Position numbers and translations under genes: made by a program
Notes under the pieces: generated by a model
Told to the model about the DNA's origin: nothing
Database searches by the model: none
Seen by the model: the letters and a program-made list of their open reading frames with translations, nothing else
Shown: positions 58,840 through 64,000 of the stretch, in pieces
Layout of the letters: each line of letters begins with the position of its first letter
How positions within the stretch are numbered: the first letter of the stretch is position 1
Assembly: GCA_951406725.2 (NCBI GenBank)
Contig: OX597815.1
Span: forward strand, 99,200,001 to 99,264,000
Source of the DNA: Octopus vulgaris
Lineage: Eukaryota
Direction of reading: 5' to 3'
DNA: 64,000 bases

Positions 58840-59579
58840 ACTTACATGCATATATGCATACATTTATAGATCCATATGTATCTATGATGATTGACGTTTA
58901 GATATCACACATACACACACGCACATACATGCACACACACATATATATAATATATCAGTTGTGTGTGTGTATATGTGTGTGAGTGTGTGTGTGTATGTGC
59001 GTGTGTTTGTACATGCATGCGTGTGTGTGTGTGTGTGTGAATGTATTCACATGCGTATGCATATACGTAGGTCACCGTATTTCATATATTCATACGCAAG
59101 TGCGTGTTTTAAAAGTTAGAGAGAGCATATACGTACATGGAGGCCTGTTTGTGAGTCTTGCCTATGTCTATGTGTCTTTGCCTGCATCTGTTTTTCTATG
59201 CATGTGTAATATTAATTGCAATGAAATATTAGCTCTGTTATTTGCATACACTGTTAAAATTTTTAAATATATCAAAACGTTTCGTGCAGTTTAATTCAAG
59301 AGAGAGAGAAAAAAAAATAATAAATCAATTTATGTCATCTTTGAAAAATCATTTTTCATTTTTCTCTATTCTTTTACTATTTCAACAAACCTATTATTTT
59401 CGTCTTCTATTCTTTCCTGCATTTACCAATAATAACCTTCTCCATTTCTTTTATCTGCAAATCATGTATGAATATATACATGTGTATATAAATACGTATA
59501 TGTACACGAGAGTGTGTTTGTGCAAGTATGTGTGTGTGAGTGTATGTATTTTTGTTTATCCTCTGGCAAATGTGTGAGA

Positions 59580-59626
<47 letters not shown>

Positions 59627-59693
59627 TATAATAACAATTTAATAAAGAAAACATGTGTGTGTATGTATATATATGTATATATATATGTATATA

Positions 59694-59741
<48 letters not shown>

Positions 59742-59872
59742 GGTATATTCACGTACATGTGTATGTATTGTGTATGTATGCATACTAACATGCATATATA
59801 TGCATACACACAAGCATATGATGTACTTTTTGTATACAGACGTGCATATATGTGTAATAATATTTGAGCGTT

Positions 59873-59939
<67 letters not shown>

Positions 59940-60343
59940 TATGCAAGAATTCATACACACAACTGTTTCTATACTCGTATTCATAAACTAACATATAGAT
60001 GTAGACAATTCTACATTTATGTAAATATACGTACAAATAAACAGTGTGTCTGTAGGTGTAAGTATACGTGGGTATATATGTATGAGTGTACGTGTGACGG
60101 TAATCATGATATAATGGCGGTGTACGCGTGTGCTTGCATGTATATGTGTTCCTGTATGTGTATCGATTTTAAATTGCTTGGAAGGTACTGTCATCCTCCT
60201 TGTTCTCTCATTTACACACATGATCTTCAAATATTTTCCATGGACTGCTCTTGCATGTGTGAACGTGTTTTCAAGCGGGCATATATATTAATTTCTGTGT
60301 GTGTGTTCCTTTTGAGCGTGTTTGTGTGCCTTTTGTGCATGTA

Positions 60344-60396
<53 letters not shown>

Positions 60397-60651
60397 GCAT
60401 GTAAATATCCCATTATTCATGTCTATGTGTACATGATATGTATGTTATATATTCACTTATATTGATAAATATATATGGAGTTGTGTACGCATGCATGTAC
60501 ACTCGCATGACCCCACGCGTATACACACAGACACGCTTGTGCACTCAGTGACATAAGCTGACACACCCACTCACATAGCATACGCACATATTCACGAACA
60601 TTCAAGAAAGCACATATACACAAACGTACGTAAATACAATTATACACTAAT

Positions 60652-60693
<42 letters not shown>

Positions 60694-60696
60694 GTA

Positions 60697-60731
<35 letters not shown>

Positions 60732-60864
60732 AAATACACTGAATATCTCATACAACAAGCATACCAGTCAACGCAATCAATCTATGGTCATCTGCCCTGC
60801 TAGAAATAAAGCTAAATTACTTTGAAAACGCACTTTACGATGTTAGAACTCAAGGCATGGTAAA

Positions 60865-61070
60865 TATTGGTTTCAAATTTTGACACAAGGCCAGCAATTT
60901 TGGTGGGTGGGGTAAGAAGATTAATCGACCCCAGTGTTCCAAGAAGATTTTATCGACCCCTAAAAGAATAAAAGGCAAAGTCGACTTGAACTCAGAATGT
61001 AAAACCGGAAAAATTGCCGCTAAGCATTTTGCCACATGTGCTAATCATTCTCCCAGTTCGCAGCCTTAAA
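60865..61070 (-). mobile_element. SINE-A copy
   Basis: attggtttcaaattttgacacaaggccagc...tatcgacccc...aaaggcaaagtcgac...gctaagcatttt. Confidence 0.8.
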
Positions 61071-61592
61071 AGCATGTTAAATATTATAGTCGTTAAGTAT
61101 TATAATTTTGAATATATGGTCTGGGAGTATGTTGGTGTTGTCACAGCGTGAAGAACACGGCTTGCAAAAAGAGCTTGAGTTGAAGGTCAGTGATTAGAAC
61201 AAGAAAATTTCAAAATGTGTCTTTTTGCTGAACTAGAAATATGCGTAAGGAAGAATGAGTTGACATCAGACTATTATGGTACTTATCAAGAAAGAAAGAT
61301 AGCAAGTGAGAGAGAGAGAGAGAGAGAGAGTGAGAGAGAGCGAGAGAGAGACATCAAAATAGTCATTTGTATATGTCTATATATGTGTGTGTGTGTGTGT
61401 ATGTGTGTGTGTACACATATGTATGAATGTATACATATATATACATATATAGATATGTATACACACAGTCACACATATATACATACATATATAAACCTAT
61501 ATGCACATATACAAACATAATTGTGTGTGTAGAGAGAGCGGGAGAGGAAGAGAGGAAGAGAGAGGAAGAGAGGAAGAGAGAGAGACACACGC

Positions 61593-61679
<87 letters not shown>

Positions 61680-62123
61680 CAAACAGATAGAGAAAGAGAG
61701 AGAGGTAGGTGGAAAGAAACAGAGAGAAGAGAGAGTGTCAAGATCGCTAAATTACAGTTCTTTTGTGCAGTTGATTCTTCTGTATCTCTCTTTGAGTAAG
61801 GAAATCTTAATATCAACTGCCCATGTAGAATATTTTCTACTCAATCTTAAATAGAAGAACAGTAAGTCTGTAATAATGAATCTCTGAACGGTTAGTTGGA
61901 AACTAGCATGATCCAATTAAATTATGCCATATATCTTAAGACAGACATTTTGTATAAAATGCTTTATAACACGAGCGAACGATTGTGCCTATCTACTGTC
62001 GCAGAACTTAAACGTAGCAAGCAAATCTCCAGCAACTTGCATTGTACTGTCTTACAGACACTACCTTTAATGAAAAGTAGGATAATCATTTGGAGAACAC
62101 TTTTAATCATAGTTCTGCTTAAG

Positions 62124-62466
62124 CAGAGGGATTCTCAACCATTTTTTTATCTATGAACCCCTTTGATTACTATTTTATTCGGGTGCACCCCATAGCCATC
62201 AGATGTTTAAAAATTGGTTTTATAGAAGCTTCTTTCAAAATTCCTATTTTGTTTTTCACACATTCATTTGTGAAGGTTGCACTGTGAAATGCTAAAGAAA
62301 GAAACCTAGCCATTTCTTAAAATATGTACCTGTACAGGTAATTTTTTTCATATGCACTTAAAATACTATTGTGGATCACTAATTAGCTATTTTGTTTCGT
62401 GAACCCCCAGAAAAAAACCTTGTATGGGCCGCTAGGGTCCTTATAGACCCCGGTTGAGAACTACTG
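62124..62466. mobile_element. hAT-type MITE related to ~45215-45651
   Basis: Ends CAGAGGGATTCTCAACC / GGTTGAGAACTACTG; TSD not evident. Confidence 0.6.
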
Positions 62467-62798
62467 TTTTGACAGATTAACCTGGATCAAAAACAAATGC
62501 AACATCTATAACGGAGTACAGCATCACATGTGGAAGAATCTAACGCAAATCATACTGTTCTATCTTATAAACGGGGAGATATATAGGTCTTGCATTGCTG
62601 TAACTTATAACAGCTACGGATGGACTGGATTGTCTTCTTCAATAAATAATATTAATCGGTGTGTGCTTTACCTGGGGCTAAACAACGATTGATGTAGTTT
62701 TAAAGAAGTAAATTAAAGTTCTCTCTCCTTTCTTTATCTCTCTCAAATGCCCCACGCATGCACAAGCATATACATTCTTTTAAATTCACTATCTCCAT

Positions 62799-62861
<63 letters not shown>

Positions 62862-63024
62862 CCTATCTATCTAACTGTCTACCAGTCTATCTGTCTCTCT
62901 GTCTCACTGCCTGCCTGTCTCACTGAGTATCTATTTGTCTGTCTGTTTCTTTGTCTGTCTATCTGACTGTATATTTGCCTACCTATCTATCTAACTATCT
63001 ATCTATTTATCTATTTGTCTGCCT

Positions 63025-64000
63025 AGAGGCCGAGGAAGGGCGAATGGCACCGCGAGTGTCGCGTTGCTCTCAAGCAACTCTGCCGTCCTGGGTCGACCTT
63101 AAGTGACTTCAACACAACCAAAGCATTCTATAGGGGTTTAGTGGAGGGGAGGTACGACGACGAGCTCGGGGCGAACCTGGACGTCGACGAGGAGTACCTG
63201 ACCCGCCTGTTCAGGACGACTTTCGGGCCAGGGCCCATGGACAACTTCCAGAGATCCCTGGCCTGGCAGTGCTACCGAGAAGCGCTACCCGTTCGGGATA
63301 AGCTCTACAGACACGGCTCGAGAAACACGGGGCCGACCTGCCCGAGATGCGGTCAGAGCGACGAAACCGTTCTGCACGCACTCGTTCAGTGTCCAACAAT
63401 TTCCGACCTGTGGGCTTATGTCGAACAACTGCTGTCACGTGTGGGATGAGTCGGTTTATCAGCTGAGTCTATCGTCAATATTGTCACGCCTCCTTCCTTC
63501 AAACGGGAAGGAAGAGCTATTTTCATCATCCTTGTGGCTATGGCGAAAGAATGTATCTGGTGGACGCGTCTGAAAGGATTGGAGACAAACACTTTCCTCT
63601 CTGGTCAATCTCTCATCAACTTCTTCAAGTACCACTTGAAAAGGAAAGTGAGAGTAGAGAGGCAAGTTTTGTCTAGCGAATGTTTTAAAAAAAGATGGGT
63701 GAATGTAGCAAGAATGGCACGTATGAATGACGAAGCCACCTTGAGCATAGTCCTATGAACCCAGAAATCGAAAACAGAGAGTTGCTTATTTGCAAAAAAA
63801 AAAAAAAGAAATATAAAATGTGACATCATTGACCGAGGTTACCGTGGTCTTTTCCGTAGGCTTTTCTTTCCACGGGTAAACCTCACCTGTCCTCCCCTTT
63901 ACACTTCATATTGACATTTCTGTGATATCGATCCCTATTGATCAATTTTTTTTCCTCCCCCCTTTTTTTTTAAACCCCCTTTTTTTGTCCTCTTTCTCTC
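63025..64000 (+). mobile_element. 5'-truncated Tx1/L1-clade LINE 3' end (zf-RVT region plus 3' UTR) after a (TATC)n/(TGTC)n tract
   Basis: One frame 63027-63758 with a single internal TGA (63447-63449): RSLAWQCYREALPVRDKL...CPRCGQSDETVLHALVQC...AKECIWWTR...FKKRW. Confidence 0.85.

Overview
AT-rich, microsatellite-saturated eukaryotic DNA. I found no credible host protein-coding exon, and nearly all ORFs in the track are translations of (TA)n, (TG)n, (TAGA)n or (TTA)n repeats. The SINE families and repeat landscape suggest an octopus or related cephalopod intron or intergenic region (inference). Recognisable retroelements: a HERO-like RLE-LINE 3' end (1-950), three R4/Dong-like RLE-LINE fragments in TTA repeats (one nearly intact at 39271-41218, next to a ~5 kb (TTA)n array), a Tx1/L1-like 3' end (63025-64000) and many tRNA-derived SINEs. 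Recognisable DNA elements: a full-length but broken IR/DR Tc1 (28753-30357), two other mariner relics (one palindromic), a non-autonomous Helitron (19032-20225) and hAT MITEs. The most interesting signal is non-coding: several short elements in (TA)n tracts carry type I hammerhead-ribozyme folds. The best is a 407-bp monomer with 62-bp terminal redundancy (28249-28717) that looks like a retrozyme. A second family (5.5 kb and 24.1 kb) shows compensatory base changes in all hammerhead stems. Three long inverted repeats of Penelope-like character lie near the same tracts. All folds were read by eye; no searches were run.
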